From Balanoglossus misakiensis (Eukaryota > Animalia > Hemichordata), in the NCBI GenBank assembly GCA_040954595.2, contig CM082581.2:7276059-7340058 (forward strand): 64,000 nucleotides of DNA. The letters run 5' to 3'. The first letter of the stretch is position 1; the number at the start of each line of letters is the position of its first letter. Shown here piece by piece: positions 12,460 through 27,423 of this stretch. Below the pieces are notes generated by a model, which made no database searches, was not told the DNA's origin, and saw nothing but the letters and a program-made list of their open reading frames with translations. The translations under genes and the position numbers were made by a program.

Positions 12460-12720
12460 AGCTTCGTAGTTACCCGTGGTGAGTGACGATTGGGGAGCGT
12501 GGACGTGGTTGCTAGGCCGATTTTTAGACCCGTAAATAGTTTCTTTACTGCGGTGAAGGAAATGACAAAACTTCATGAGCGGCCTAGATTGGATTGTTTT
12601 GGTTCCGCCAATCAAACCGCCCATTCCACGATATCGCGCCCACAGACAGACATTACGGATCGACATACATACTGGCATCGATGCAACTAGAGCTCCCGTG
12701 TCTGAACACGGGAACTAAAA
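12460..12720 (-). mobile_element. Decayed non-autonomous Helentron/HINE (DINE-1-like) element
   Basis: Stem-loop AGCTCCCGTGT-CTGA-ACACGGGAACT (12691-12716) next to a T-run on the minus strand, a CAGA/CATA microsatellite remnant (12642-12671), and a second degenerate copy of the same motif, TAGTTACCCGTG, at 12467-12478. This matches the subTIR + IR + microsatellite layout known for HINE/DINE-1 elements. Confidence 0.55.
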
Positions 12721-14507
12721 GCATTTTTAGCTGTTAGTTCAAATGCCACTGCTCCCTCCTCTCGGGTCTTGGAGTATATCGAAACCTAATTAAAAGCATT
12801 CTGCTTCGCTTATTATTTCGAAGAGGACAAAGTCACATTACGTTGATGCGGCTTCATAAGTACTAAATGCTGGCAATCTTATTGGGAGGTCACCTGGGGT
12901 CACACTGGGAGATTGTTAAACCGGAATGCGGGCGGCCATATTGGATATATTATTAACCTCCCCGGTAGTAGATTCCCATTTATGTCGGGAGCAACCCTTT
13001 CATGCTGACAGATTATACTGACGGATTTTGACAGTCGCCGTTTCTGTGAAATGCCTTAAATTGACGCTGGGGAGTTTGTTATTGATAGGGGTTTTGTAGG
13101 CTGCTGCCGAATGTTGATTAACTTGGCATGTTTTATGATTTTATTTCTAAAGTTGTAAACGAATGCTGCCCGGTAAATTAACGTTCTTAGCTTGTCGCGT
13201 AACAGAGTGCATTATGAGTAGACGGATTGTATGGGGAAATTTTAGGATGTCTGGGAAATCTGGGTATTGTGTTCACAGTATGATCCGTAAAAAGATGCAA
13301 GCGCCCCATTTTTTCTCATCACGGTGAGGTCTGTCAACTCATAGACCGCGAGACAAGCAAAGCTGTTTTGCTTACACCTTGTCCTGATTCGCCCGTTATT
13401 TATGTCACACTCGAAAAATCGTCAAGATCTTATCAATTCATTAAAAAGGTACTGCTCACCTCCAGCTTTGCCGGCATATTTCTTCTAGCGTCATATATTT
13501 CTAGGATGATATACAGTTGTAATGTTTTACATTGCGAAACGACTGTCATAGGGGTCAGGTTTTCTGCAGTCCACCACCCCATTTACACATTTGCATTCCC
13601 ATTAACATTTCTATTGTTCAATTTTCACACACAACTCTTCTTTTGTTTTCCGAGGCACCTGGTCCTGCAAATATTTTCTACTTTGAATATACTTCCGCAT
13701 CTTAGTCAGACGAGATCGCTGGTGGCGCAATAACATGGCAGGAACCAGCTGGTAATCTCAAACATCCCTTAGACCAACCTCCAGTTTACTTCGCAACAAA
13801 ATTTAACTGTACATGTAGGTACGATAATGAGAATGGATTCTCCACAACACCAGAGTGTCAATCAACTTTGACCACGATAGTTGTCTCGTCGGGGTTCAAG
13901 CGACGAGACCGTTCACTCCACCGTGGTAATTTCGCTTCTACATGCCGACCTAAACGTTTACCATTTCCCATGGCACGACGAAACCTATAAATAATACAAA
14001 CCGATCAAAGGCGCCGAATTGGACCCACAAGAATTCAGTTTCGTCTGATAAGGCATGGAACATGCAGAATGATGATGACAACGTGTAAGGGCAAAGGTCG
14101 AAGGTCAGCCCAGTTTAAACGTACGATCTAACGCAAGGACGGCACACATCCCAGATTTCCGTGATTGAAAAAAAGTGCGATATTTATCAAAATGTGCAAG
14201 CAATCACTGTAAACATCAAACGAAGATAATAGCTTTCATCTTCTTTCTTTGAAGGCGATAAGACCGACATGAATGTAGATTGGTTGCGTCATCTTTAACG
14301 ACCTAAAGGGACCGTCGACTATCAAATCTGCCCCTACGAAAATAGCATCCATGTAGTTTGCATGATTTCATCCATTTGCTTATTTTGAGGAGTGTAAGGG
14401 CTCTGCTGGGGGTTCACAAGCTTCGGAGAGAAACTCTGCCCTCTATATCTAAGTTGTTCCTGGGAAGTCAAGTAAAATAGTCTAACGCTGGCCGCGGTAC
14501 ATGAAAA

Positions 14508-14531
14508 ACACAACACAACACAACACAACAC
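14508..14531. repeat. (CAACA)n pentamer microsatellite
   Basis: ACAACACAACACAACACAACAC. Confidence 0.8.
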
Positions 14532-17500
14532 TCAATCTGGTATATTTCCCTCTCATCTTTATAATTTTGGAACAGATTTGGTGTGTGCCCAGCTCACCAA
14601 TATAAACAACATTAACGGTGTCATTTCTGTTTTCAACATCGCTAACCACAAAATATGTTTCGGATATAATATACATTCTGACCAACCTGGCTTACCGAGT
14701 GTTAAATAATCGACGGCCCCTAAATCAAGCCTAATCAAAATAAATGGCAACATTCAATATTATCTGGCGAATATCACACGTCGAATGGTTTTTTTACCGA
14801 ACCGTCTTCGCCCACCCACTTCTAAGCGTTGATGCAGACACTTATTCTGGTAGAGCATCTGTCTACCTTTCGATGGAAATGACAATAAAAGAATGATCCA
14901 ATCTCCCGTGACAAAGAAAAAAATACCTGTCTTGCAAAACGTCCCTAGAGTTAATATATTGTGGACACAACTCTCAACGTAAATAATCGGCTGATGGTAA
15001 TATACTACACAAAGCCATGTCGTCCCTAGCCATATGTGTTCGTTATGATTTACGGAATCCCGCCACTTTGCAGTATTATCGGTTTTATTTGCGCATAGCG
15101 TCAAAACCAGACATGTCATAAGGCCAGCAACAGACGCCATATTGTGGCGTCTGCACACGTTGCTCACTTCAAAGAACTGTGGTGTGATGTTTAATTTGTT
15201 TCACTAAATCAAGTATTGCTTGCGTAATAATTCCCGGGAAGCAGTGTCCTTCAGGATTTACAGAGTTTACCTTATCAGAGGTTGCTTACAAACAGCTCCA
15301 GCCATCGACATGCGCAGAACGTCTGAAAGTGACCCGGGACTTTCACCTTCCAAGCTGTAAAACAAATTGGCACATTTGATCGTCGTGTGCGCATTACAGT
15401 TAACCGATCAGCTCGAGACGAGACGAGATGAGACGAGAAAGAAAATTCTGTGGAATGAGTGATTGCACAGGAAATCATTCTACAAAACAGTCTCTCAGCA
15501 AAATTAAATATTAATTTTTCTATCACTGAGCGATATCTACAGCATCAAATGTGGAACCCAACACAATTTAGATGTACACCTAACAAAATTCCACGGAACG
15601 AGACACTAAATGGCTCCACCCTATTACTAAGACTACTAGAAAATTCCAGTCTCCCCATTCCCGCGTTTATATCTTCACTTCCGACATCTACATGTACCAT
15701 CTTCTCTTCTCGTCTTGTCAGAGACGGTCCCGTTTCACTTCCTATCATCAACGTTTGCTAAAAAGGTTTCGTGCACCACAGAGATAGCTTGAGAGGAGGT
15801 AATACAATCACTACGCTTTAACTTCTAGGCATGTCTTCACCGCAGGGTACCCGCTATCCGTGGACACACTTCCGTTTTTATTCGGAATATCAGATTAACG
15901 CGGATGTGAAAAAGGGTGACTCTCTTTCAACAGCCCAAGTGGTCGCGAAAAGCTATTTAAAAACTTTAGGCGGCTATCATTACTGTGTAGTGCTCTTGCA
16001 AGATAAAACGCTGCAATTGGATTATTTGCGTAATCCTCCTTAATTTGTGTAGAATAGTGGTGAGTGTATACAGAGGAAGATGTTTTCCACTAGTATCAAA
16101 GAAACCAAAACTTTTTAAGGAGGAGGCGTCATCCGGGGTATCCGAATTCTTATATGGAGAATGAAATGTTCGGATTGCGACGTTTTGGTTAGGGTAATCA
16201 GCGTTGATACAAGATACACAAATAAACACAGGATAAGTCTCCAAGTTAGAATTTCTACGACGTGTTGCACCAAGAATTTTCTCTGCCTTCCATCTGTCAG
16301 CGGGTGTGAAAAAGTGCAACGTACCCCGATAATTTTCTGGCATTCAAAGGACCGCAGACTGTGCGCCATCTGATAGTGTGAGCGTGCTCTAGTTCTGCAA
16401 TAGGGGCACGGTCAGATCATGCATGTGATGTGACTTTGTCGTTGCAGTGGTCATGCGCTGGTCAAGCAGAATGGCACTTGACCGGAATGTGACCCACTTG
16501 GTCCTTGTTTAAGTAAAGATGACACTGTTATAACAATAAGGCACACTCGTAATAGTATAAAGGACTGCAATTCAAGCATAAGTTGTAGCCTACATGTTAT
16601 CTTTAATTCTTGAAAACGGCATACTCTGTTCATGTTACAATAATTTTACTTTAAAGTGCCGCAACAAGGGCGAGTATATAAAATATATAATCCCGACTCA
16701 TAATGTTATTCTTCATAACATGGCGCCATAAGGTACTAAATCCTATTTTTACCGCCTGAAAAGGTAATGGGTACGTACGTAAACCAAACACATTTAGCGG
16801 GTCATCGAATAAAACAGCTCCTGCGGGGGAATGCGTGGCAGTCCCGTTCGACAATACCCATTCGAACGTCACTAATTAACGAGAGTTGTCATTTAAAACT
16901 TAAACTCACAGTCATTCTTTTAACATTTAAAGGGAGAGATCGTATTTCATTTAATCTGAAAGCTGCCCTGGGGGACGGTGGGACGAGGGCCGCCATGTTG
17001 AAACATTTTTCATAAAATCTGCCTCTTGGGAGACATATAGCATGGCAAGGTTGACCTCGATTTTTTTCAGGGATGAATCATTGTTTAAAGACGTACAGTG
17101 CCCTGTGGGGAGCATGTCTCTAGGATGAGAAGCCTGCTATCTAGAACACAATTAAGCGATCTACAAGTTATTAATAGCGCGGGGAAAAGTGACAGTTCTG
17201 GGCAATATTCGGATCAGAGAAAGTCGTCTTTTGTCATGTTCCCAAAAACCATGTCGCGGGATAAACCCAAAAGAATAAGGCACTGCAAACGAACCATTTG
17301 ATTTTATTTTCAACTCGCTACGCAATGGGTGGTATGGTGATTGTATAGAAACATATATTCAAATTAAATAGGTATCAATGCGTTTTGATAATAAATGTGA
17401 CTTACGGTGATTTCAATATGATCATAGGAAGTCTATAAAATCGATAACGTCGCAAGACAACTTCTGACACAGAACCAAACAACCTGCAGTTAACAAAATT

Positions 17501-20500
17501 CTCGGTTGGGTATCTTCAAAACCGGGTATGATACAACAAAAGGACATGTTGTTGGCTTGCGCATTCTCAGGTGCCGTACAAATGTACATGTAATTCAACA
17601 GGGATATGGCTTTTGGGGGAGCTTCGATTAAATATTGCCTGACCAAAGGAGATCTACAGAATGAACATGTTGACGAGAAAACAAAACGAGAGGTCATGAC
17701 CTTCACAAATACAGAAACTTGACACCGGGAGTAATCACGCACGAACCTCTTCCAGCGGTCGGATATTTCATCAGTCATTCCAATATCTTTGAGTTGAGCT
17801 CGGAGGAGTTGGGACTTGTTGACAGGAAAACTAATATTGGGTTCCATTATCATTTTGATTAAACGACACAAAGGCCATGGACAAAAAAAAACATTATGTC
17901 AGGGTGTGTGGGAGTGCTTGCTGATCATGAACAGACTAGCAAAGACATCTATTTCTGAAATCGCTAAAACGCTACGAAACAAACGACACGAGAAGATAGG
18001 ATTCTCAATGTGGTGTGGCTCCAGCATCTTTAAATTTGAGTGACCGCTGAAGAGATTTTAAAAATTTAGCCTTCAATTTATCTTAATCACTGTTGTAGTA
18101 AAGATGGAGAAGAACCATTTTAATGTTAGTAACAAAAAAGTCACAGGCAAACGTTTTCATACACCCTACAAATCGATGGAGAAGTCGGCCATTTTGAATT
18201 TGAACCGCGGGAAATTGGTAAGTCGTTCTATAGAACCCAAACTGTAGAGCAACTCTTTTTTCTTAATTTCGAAAACAGCTCATGCGTTCCTCAATCGGTG
18301 TTTGCGTGGGCGCGCAGAATCTGGAAAAATTTGCGCACCACTTTATAACGTCCGGATATCATAAGTAATATTGCTGTGATGCCTTTGCGAACAAACGTTG
18401 ATAAATGTTTCTGTCAGTTCATTCATGTTGCAAGTTCACAATTTACCCTGGATTCTGCGACCCGGGAATTCCACTTATAATAAATTACTTATGCTTTTTT
18501 TCTTAGATTACCTTGTAGCTATTGTCTCCTGCACTTTCCTTCATTACCCCTCCCCCTGGAAGACACGCCCCAAGAAACGCAACAGGAGATTTCCTTAAAA
18601 GGCTTTTGTGGGACTATATTTAGCACGATAATGGCGTTGATAATAAAACAGATGTATTCGATCCCTTCTGCAATATTCAAGATTGTTTATGCAACTTCAG
18701 AAATCTGTGCGATGCCGAGGCATATTACAGAAACGACTTTTAACAAGCATCTTGGCAACTGTGAGTGGGCGTAGCGCGGCGAGCTTATTTATTTACTGCT
18801 GCATGGTGCTGCTCGGGAAGGAATAATATAATAACATATACGTATGGCTTGAGGAAGAACAGGAATACATGGAAAATCCTTGGATTTCTTAGGCGAAACT
18901 CCGTCATAGGAAGTATACGAAGCTAAACACGAAACCGGGGGATAATTTTTCACAGAGAGAGGAAATTACCCGAAAAAGTGAAAACAAATACAGCAGCACG
19001 CCAGTAGTGAGACATCCGATAACTCCTTACCTGCCGCTACTATCCGCGAGCCAATAGTTTGATATTTCTTTGATTTTCCCGCCCTAATTATTGTCTCGTG
19101 GGGCGGAACACAGACTAGCTCAAGGTAGCTGTTAGGATCGTAATTTTCAGTCGCGAATCGCCGATATGTATATTTGAAGGACAACAGTCTGGGTGTAACA
19201 CATTCCCGAATTTCCGCATTGCCTGGAAATTCGTGTCTCCGCAGAAATGCTTTTATTTTTACAAAGATTTGGCAACTTTTAGTCCCTCGTGATACTCTCG
19301 TAGCGCACACTGATTGGTCGGCGATAATCCGGCTTTATTAAACACTTTTTTATCAAAATGAGACAAGCTTTCGGGTTACGCGTCTTTAATAGCCTGTATT
19401 TTGTATCAGGGAGAACTTATTGGCCTGTTTGTTTCATCTCTCGTACCACGCTTTGTCCGAGATTTCTGATTCTACGCGAGTTGGCGATCAAGGCGAACAT
19501 ACACAAGTCTGGCCGGAACCGGACATGCGCATTCTAGCTCACCTCACCGTGCAATATCACCTGTACCTTTTACATTGAATACGCATACGCGCCATTTCCA
19601 TGGTGAAGATTCTCCGAGGCGGTTTCGACCTCATTTATATTTCAGTGTTGCGCGCGGAATATCACCTTGCTTCCACAGTGTCCAATATATATTTATGTGC
19701 CTCCGCCCGATTAGACGCCCTCAAGAACCCAGCGGCTCGGCAGAAATCGTAAAGTAAGTAAATCATCGAAGTGTAATAAACGCTTCGATAATTTGTTGAA
19801 TCGAATACAAGCGCCGCACAGTTTAAGTAATCATATATTAGTTTGAAGACATACGGTATGTGCGAAAAATCTCAATTATTCATATAGTCGAACGAGTTGT
19901 ACCTGCCGACGATATAGTCGGCTGTAATATAAAAACTCTGATTTAGTTAAACACGTCAGTGGAAAGTTCTATGTTTTATTTAGCGAGAAAGCCTTGGCAT
20001 TCATTTATTGCCTAGCGTTGCTCAACGTGATATTGCGTATGGGTGGCATGAAGCTGGTCAGATTTAATTTAACCCGTACAAGATTGTTGAAAATCGCCTC
20101 GTTTGTGAGCAGTAACTTTAGGGATGGCTTTTCCGGAGAAGAATCGGCAAGTATATTTTCCAATTTTTTTTCACAGACGTCCAGTGCATTTAAGTGTTCA
20201 AATCACAAGCCGAAATCCCTATAGGTGTGTAACTATACGCGTGAGCAAAAACAACCCTTACAATTCCACGCGAGATATTGGCGACTTATTCAGCCATGCA
20301 TCGTAACTCTGACAGCATCGTGTTTTCACTGAAAACGCCCAACTCAAATCTTGCACACTCTCATTCATGCCGGCGTTTGTAATCACTTTCGCATTCCTTT
20401 TACCACTTGGAAGTATTCATGTGAGAGAATAGGAAGATTAAATGGCCTTATAAACCTGTCACCAAATCTTGGGTGTCACATTCGCGCGAGCATAATCAGA

Positions 20501-23410
20501 TTTTAATTGCCTATGGCGACAACGGTATGCCTTTGGAGGAATAGCGTTGGGCTCTCTTACATTGGGGTACACGAAATATCGTTTCCTTCAAAGTCCTTGA
20601 TTAATAACATCATCGCCAATTAATACAAGCTGAAAGTGTCATCATTCATGAAAATGTTCTGTTCGGGTGAAACATGCTGGTATGCATAAAAGAGCGTGGC
20701 ATATACATGTACATTCATTTTGTATGTGTCGCTCACAGAATCTTGCATTCACAAACGGATAAATCTAATTCTCGTACTAGAATTTCACGAACATATGATA
20801 TATCACTAAGCCGGTCAGTGTGATCACGGAAAAAAACGCGCGCCTCGGACTTAGTCGGAGTCAGTTTACAGTCTGCCCAAATCGAGTATCCAGAATTTAT
20901 CACCGCGTACACGCCTTTTCGTAAAGCTGACGTAAATAATTTGTTTCATTGGTTGACGATTCGCCTGAGCGTTTAGAGCACTTCTGTGTGGTACGCACAC
21001 ACTGTGGCACACACAGACAAAAGAGTCATTTTTCCTAAAGAGATAGCTCATGTTGCATCCGAACAACAGAGTGTGGCATCTCACGCGTAGATTGCGCCTT
21101 ATCTTGAACGAAATGACATCACAAATGAGCAATCCATATCTATACTTATTTGCCGGAATAGCGAAAATCACGCACGCGGTCTAGAGTTTAGAGACGAGTT
21201 GCCATGTCGTCTGCAATTTGTAATGTGTCTCGGAAAATTGGGTAAAATATTAGGTTTTGAGGTTACAAGGTTTCAGAAGCTTCATAGTAAGCCTTCACTG
21301 GAAGAGGGATAGGGTTCACTGCTAAGGACAAATTAAGATACGACGAAAGGATATCAGGTCCGCCACTCAAGACAATACATGCAATCATTTTCTACTGAGT
21401 CACTGTAGGTACATTTCAATGGCCGGCATTAAAACATTGTATCACATACATGTCGGTATGTCCACGGTCCACGGATGAAGAGTGCCCTCTTATACACATA
21501 AATTGTAAGGTTTTCTGGGTGATCATCGGTCTGTAACTATGACAACGGGAGACACTGGTCGACTGAAAGGATATTTCAAGTCGATCGGATTTGTGATAAA
21601 TACTGAAATTATTTCACAAACTGGACTTCTGTGTCTAAAAGTGGGTGATTATGATGTGTATATAGTGAAGAACATCTGTCATTAAAGAAAAGGGGGAGAA
21701 AATATGTGCGTTGCGAAACTGTGCTCGAGCACGAATTGAATGGGAAGTCCCTCTGTAGGAGATTCGTATTACACGTATCTGACTTTCCTACAATAATTCA
21801 ATAAAGAGCCTGTTATGGAAACGTTCCATTTCTTCAGAATTTGATGCACTCCAGCCATAAATCAATACTAAACTCTTTAATGTCAAGCTTAGGATATACG
21901 TGTACCATGTATACACATTTTTACTGTTTCGCTTCTCGTCGAGCTCGTGAGGGGCTCTTCAAACGAGAGCTGTCCAACTGGCAAACATCTTGCCACCCAC
22001 CCGCCCGTCACCCAACGACTGCACTGTAACATCCCCGGATGTAATTTACAAATGGCGTCAATATGCGCCAATACATTTCAGTGCTCGACTTCGCATTTTG
22101 ACATTTTAGGAAAAGTTATTAAAAGAAGTATGTGCGTGCATTATAAGAGGGTCGTCACAAGGGACTAACATGTACAGCGTATAACGGCAGCCGTTTGCAG
22201 TCCGACGAACGTCACGTGACACAGAGAATATCACGATCGAAATGCCGACAGAGTCAGTGCATTCGAGGTGACTACTAGCCTAAGTGCGGTTATTTAAACC
22301 TGCACAAAGAAAGGTTACGTCTATGTGAACTTGGCTTCTGTAATTCAACGAGAAGTTCGCCCGAAGAGAGATACGACGATGTCACCCGATTATTACGGTG
22401 TCCTAAATTCACCAACATCGTCGTCAAGCACTTTGGTTTTTTTTAACTTTGATTGTATCTGGCGAAAGTGTATCAAATTCAAATTTAGCCTGTGAGCGCT
22501 GATTGCATCCAGTCTAGAATTCTAGAATTCCTCTTTCCGGCCTCTATTGTTCCCACTGCTGAAAATAGTAAGGACGGACTCCGAGGACTAATGAGAACTT
22601 TATAGAGACGCCAACGTGATCGGTCTGCGTGATTTTACGTCTTTATTTGAATTGAAAAAAAAGCAAACTACATTTGTAGAACATTCCTGCTGCACTGTAA
22701 GTTGAAACCCACTGCGGCAAAGTTGTTCATTAGCTGCAGCGAATATATACAATTTGGCTCAATCAACCTTCGGTGGATATCACGTTGATATGTATGCGAG
22801 CATTTAAGGTGATTGGCGTAAACAGGCCATGGGGAAAAAACTACTTTTCACTCACCACCATTCATGTATATCACGAACAGCGCGTGTCAAGCTCACCATT
22901 TCCCCCCACATATTTGTCGCGAGACGAATTGCTGGAAATTAACGCGTTTCATAGCCGCTATCATTGACACATTCGATCATGATCTGCCCAGCGGACGTGC
23001 AAATTTAACTTTATTATAATCAATAAAATTGATTAGTTTGTGAATTGTGGAAAAAAGCAATCCGTGATTTGGGTGTCTATTTTCAACTCACGTCCCGGGT
23101 CGTGAGACTTGTCAGGTGTAACACAGACTTCCAGATTTCTGGTCACTTTAATTTTTACTCGCTCGCAATTTTACTTTTCTCGCATGACCTTATGACCTCA
23201 GAACTCGCTGGAATGTGAGCATTTAGAATGAACGCGTTTTCTACAAAGACCAACATATCGCATTATGCACACGGCAGGTATTTCATTTATATTACAGTAA
23301 AACTCTTTCGACAAGACAAGACTCAGGTTTTCATTGTTACCTTGGTAACGAACATGCAACGTCACGGTAGTTCGTTGGCAACGACGTAACAGTTAACCTT
23401 CATTCGTGCG

Positions 23411-23411
23411 T

Positions 23412-23447
<36 letters not shown>

Positions 23448-23461
23448 TTTTTCTTTCTTTC
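23411..23461. repeat. (TTTC)n microsatellite
   Basis: TTTC array with one T-run interruption; it produces the spurious KKER ORFs on the minus strand. Confidence 0.95.
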
Positions 23462-24342
23462 CTTGCTTGTCTGTTGCTTTCTTAATGTTATTATTTTTAA
23501 TGCCTTCAAAACACCACAGCGTACGATTACCAATGGGGCCATATGAAAACGTAAAAACGACAAGCGGACATGAATTATTAGCCTTACATGCAAGTGACAA
23601 CCGTGAAGAAAGTAATAAGCACGAAAATAACATTCCCCAAATTTACAATTTGCTTTAGCCTAGGCATGACATTCCATGTTAGTGCATATATAGTTCTCTC
23701 TGGGTGTATAAATCGTCATCGGTTTGAAAGGGGTGATTCTGCTCAGGCAATACAACTGAACTTTCCGGCATGTGTGACTCGTAGGCGAGGGAGCGGGGGG
23801 CTTAATCAGGAATCTCCTATTCTATCGAGAATCATGTGAACCATCTTTCAGTACACGCGGTCATCTGAAATTCGTTATCACCACAAAGCCAGCATGAAAG
23901 GATTTCTGACCCTAGCTGTCGCCACTTCACATGTTCAAAATGATTGCCCTGTCTCCGATGGGAGTAAGACAGGCGTTAATACTGTGAACGACGCGGGATA
24001 ACAAACGTGTTTCATCTGCCTTTTATTCAATAGTGCGGCCCTTTTCGCGTAGGAGACGACAACCCTTCTTGTGAGTGTGTAAACTGATTATTCTGTGTGC
24101 AGAAAGGCGAGCAATTATAAGCCATGCCATTTGAGTTTTTTGAAAAGTACCACTCTGACGCCTGGATAACTGTTAACAGAACGCGAAATGTCGCCAGGTA
24201 ACGACCCCGGCTCGCATTTTCCGTTGCGCTTTCTGGTTGTGACGTCGATTCGACAGAAATTCAGCTTAACTTGCCTCTAAGAGCTTTTGTTTGAGCTTTC
24301 GCCTTTCAAAAGAATGACGCTTACATGTACATAGAGAAGTTA

Positions 24343-24358
24343 CAGCTCCCCCTAGAGC
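24343..24358 (-). promoter_or_regulatory. CTCF-like motif
   Basis: Minus strand GCTCTAGGGGGAGCTG resembles the CTCF core; by eye only. Confidence 0.3.
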
Positions 24359-25609
24359 CACGCACGAGAGTAAACATTTAACCTAAACACTACACGCCTA
24401 TACTAGGTTCACACTGAGTAAAACTAGAAACGATTCACAGCCACTATTTGCCGTTTGTAAACACAGAGGGTTAATCCTTTGAGTCGCTTTGTGTCCACAC
24501 GCAAAAAGTGTAAGCATTGACCATGACTTGCCTTCAAGGTAATCGCAGGAAAGCAGTAAAATTGGTGACAGCGTTTTCCAAATATATTTGCACTTTAGCG
24601 ATAAATACATAATGGGTAAATCAGCCCGGATTTCTTCAGGAAATGAAAGTTTCCACATTCGAATTGAACTGTCGTTACATTGAACTTTGAATTACTCATT
24701 CCACTCGAGCCATGGAAACATCTTCAAGAAAATACGAACTCCCAAACACGCACTGCTGACTCGAATACCAAATGCCTCAGGGATGCAGTCACAAGAGTGA
24801 CATAATCGAGTGAAATCCAACTGAAGAGCAAAAATCAATAATTTTGTCAAATTAAATCCGGAAAAATCAATTTACACACACGGAACTGTGGTTAGTGGTT
24901 ATCTGATAGAGCCAGGACCCCCGTTTACTTGCATGTATAGATTAGCTTTCAAGCATGTTCTCACGTGGCAACATAAAACACTGGAAAGTGGCAACGCTTT
25001 CTGATAAGGATGGGAGACTGCGTTCATTCGACAACTGGAGCTGACAGATCTCTCTGTGCAAAATGTTTCCAAACGCGTTGTTGCATACATGACATGGTGA
25101 ATTTTGTGTAATGGCCATCCTCAACATTGTTGGTCATTCGAGTCGATTCGATGGTCAAAATGCGTAAGTTTTATAAGCCACTGGTTTTTTTAATGTGCAT
25201 TTTTAAATGAGGGCAACCCAAAGGGCGTTCCCCCCTTTTTCCTAGACTGTTCCGGATATTTAGGACGTTGAAGTGCTCCCGGACTGCCTTGTCTGAGACA
25301 GTACCCGTAGGAAATGACGGCACTCTATTACATGCATGTAGGAACACCAGCTCGGTGTGAGCGAGCCACCGATGAATCAGATTTACTCCTGTACGCGTAG
25401 TCATGTCTGTCGGCAACTGCGTGTAAACCGATAAACCGAATAGGCGCAAAAATAAGAAACAACACGCCTTGAAAGTCTGAGAGAGTTTCCAGTGGAGCAT
25501 CCAAGGGGTGGAGTGGATATATCTGAGTATTATCAGTCATATAAGCATGATAAAGTGTGTATCAAATGTCATCGGATAGAAGTGTCCAACCTATAGTCTT
25601 TAAATTTGG

Positions 25610-26619
25610 CACGTTGAAACGGACCCCCGAGATACCGGGGCAGTACCACGTAGCTTTTCCTTCAGACCATTTGACTAGGTTCTTTTGTGCTGGGGACCCC
25701 TTAGCTTACTACGGGAATCGTAAAACTCAGAAACTGTATTACGTTTATGCATAGACTATTTATTCAACTTGCAGAATTGTATCGACGGATCCAGTAAATT
25801 GTACAGGGACAGCCACTATGGACAAAATACAAGTGGACTGTATGCACAGTAAAGAAATATTGCACAAAACACAAACACAGAGACATGAAACGGTACAAAC
25901 ATGACAAAAGACATTTAACAGGTGGTTATCGAACGGTTGTCCTACCCGTGAGTTCAGTAGTGACAATGTTCCGGGAAACGGGTCGCAGAATATATCAGTC
26001 TTTCCAGTTTCATCGAGAAGATGGTCGATCCGTGGCCGCACAGGATGTCTCGTATCACACTTGGTGGAAAACTCCGTCACCGTTGTAGTTTCGCCAAAAG
26101 GCCTGGCAGTCAGATTCTGGTAGGATTCCACACACAGTGCCTCAGTGCTACCCGCTGGCTGTCACGTCTGTCTCCCCCTCTAAAATGGGCCGCAGCCTTT
26201 TGTACCACCTTCCAGGTGCATTGCTGTACATATTTTCTACAATAATTTATTCAGAATGATTGTCCACTGTTCTCCACTGTCTATTGTTTTAGTTTCTCCC
26301 CGAATTACCACCTCCGAATTATTCACGGAGACCAAGTCAGTGCAGAGATTATGTAATCCAGGGCTGGTCAACTGTCCATGCGCAGTTATTCACTCTAATG
26401 GTGTGTCATAGCAGAGTTCATTTTGTCAAAGCCGTTTGATGCTAAGATGTGTAACTGACTGTCTAACCACCTCAGACAAGTAGACGTGCGGCAACTCCTA
26501 ACTAACCTTTAACCACCACACAAAAACAACACTGGACACACAAGACAACACACAACACTATAGACACTTTGTGACATACATACAAATCAGGTTTTTTATG
26601 ATAACCGCGTGTCTTTACA
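25610..26619 (-). mobile_element. Probable solo LTR (~1 kb)
   Basis: The minus strand starts TGTAAAGAC at 26619 and has GTCCGTTTCA ending at 25615 (TG...CA with an imperfect short inverted repeat). AATAAA lies ~145 nt before that end (25759-25764), and there are GT-rich tracts. TTGG is duplicated at 25606-25609 and 26620-26623, but 5 extra bases separate the CA from the left copy. Confidence 0.45.
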
Positions 26620-27423
26620 TTGGTGTACTTAAGTGTTCTTGTAACGTCAATATTGTATACATGCATATATGAACAGACAATTAGTGTTTACGGATAACAC
26701 AAGTAACACAAAGTGGAATAAAAATGTTGGAATTTACATATAGTTCCCTTGTATTATACGTCTGTCTTAGTTATAGGACCCATGATGACAGAAACTACAT
26801 CAAGCGTAAAATATTACGAGGCCTGGGTTGGTAGGTCGAACAAGCAATGTGCTCACGTTGCCTATCGGCGTGGTGTGATGATTTTCAATGAATGTTTTTA
26901 ACTTCCATCGACGTGTGATTCTTTTGGATAAACTTGTGCAATGATTGCCATTTTGGAACGTTGGTGGTGCGCTAACATTTTAAAAACGCGATATATCTAT
27001 CCATAGTAGATATCAGAAGATCGAAATTGGTAACGTCAAGAAATCAACGCTCCAGCTGAATGCCCAAGTTGGTTCAATGGCGTTAAGATCACAGCTGGCA
27101 AATACTGCACACGTTTCAGTCAAATAGCGCGAAGGCATACATGTACATAAGAACAGGAATGTCATGGTCAACTTCTTTCAAATTATATTAGAAGGCCACC
27201 TGCTTGTACCTTTTAATGACCGGTGTGGCTGATAAAGATTATATTGCCATAACTAATAGAGACTCCTGCTGTTGGTGTGTGCAGTGTGAAATCCAATCAG
27301 CCACGATGAATTTCCCTGATAGATTGTTAATTACAGAAACTGGACTTATTGTTGCTTCTTGTTAGTTGACCGAAAACGTTCGTAAGTAGCCAGCGCACAA
27401 AAAGTAGAACGCGCAGTCACCGG

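Noticed and set aside
17422-17871. 149-aa minus-strand ORF
   Set aside because: No family motif recognised; composition matches the non-coding background.
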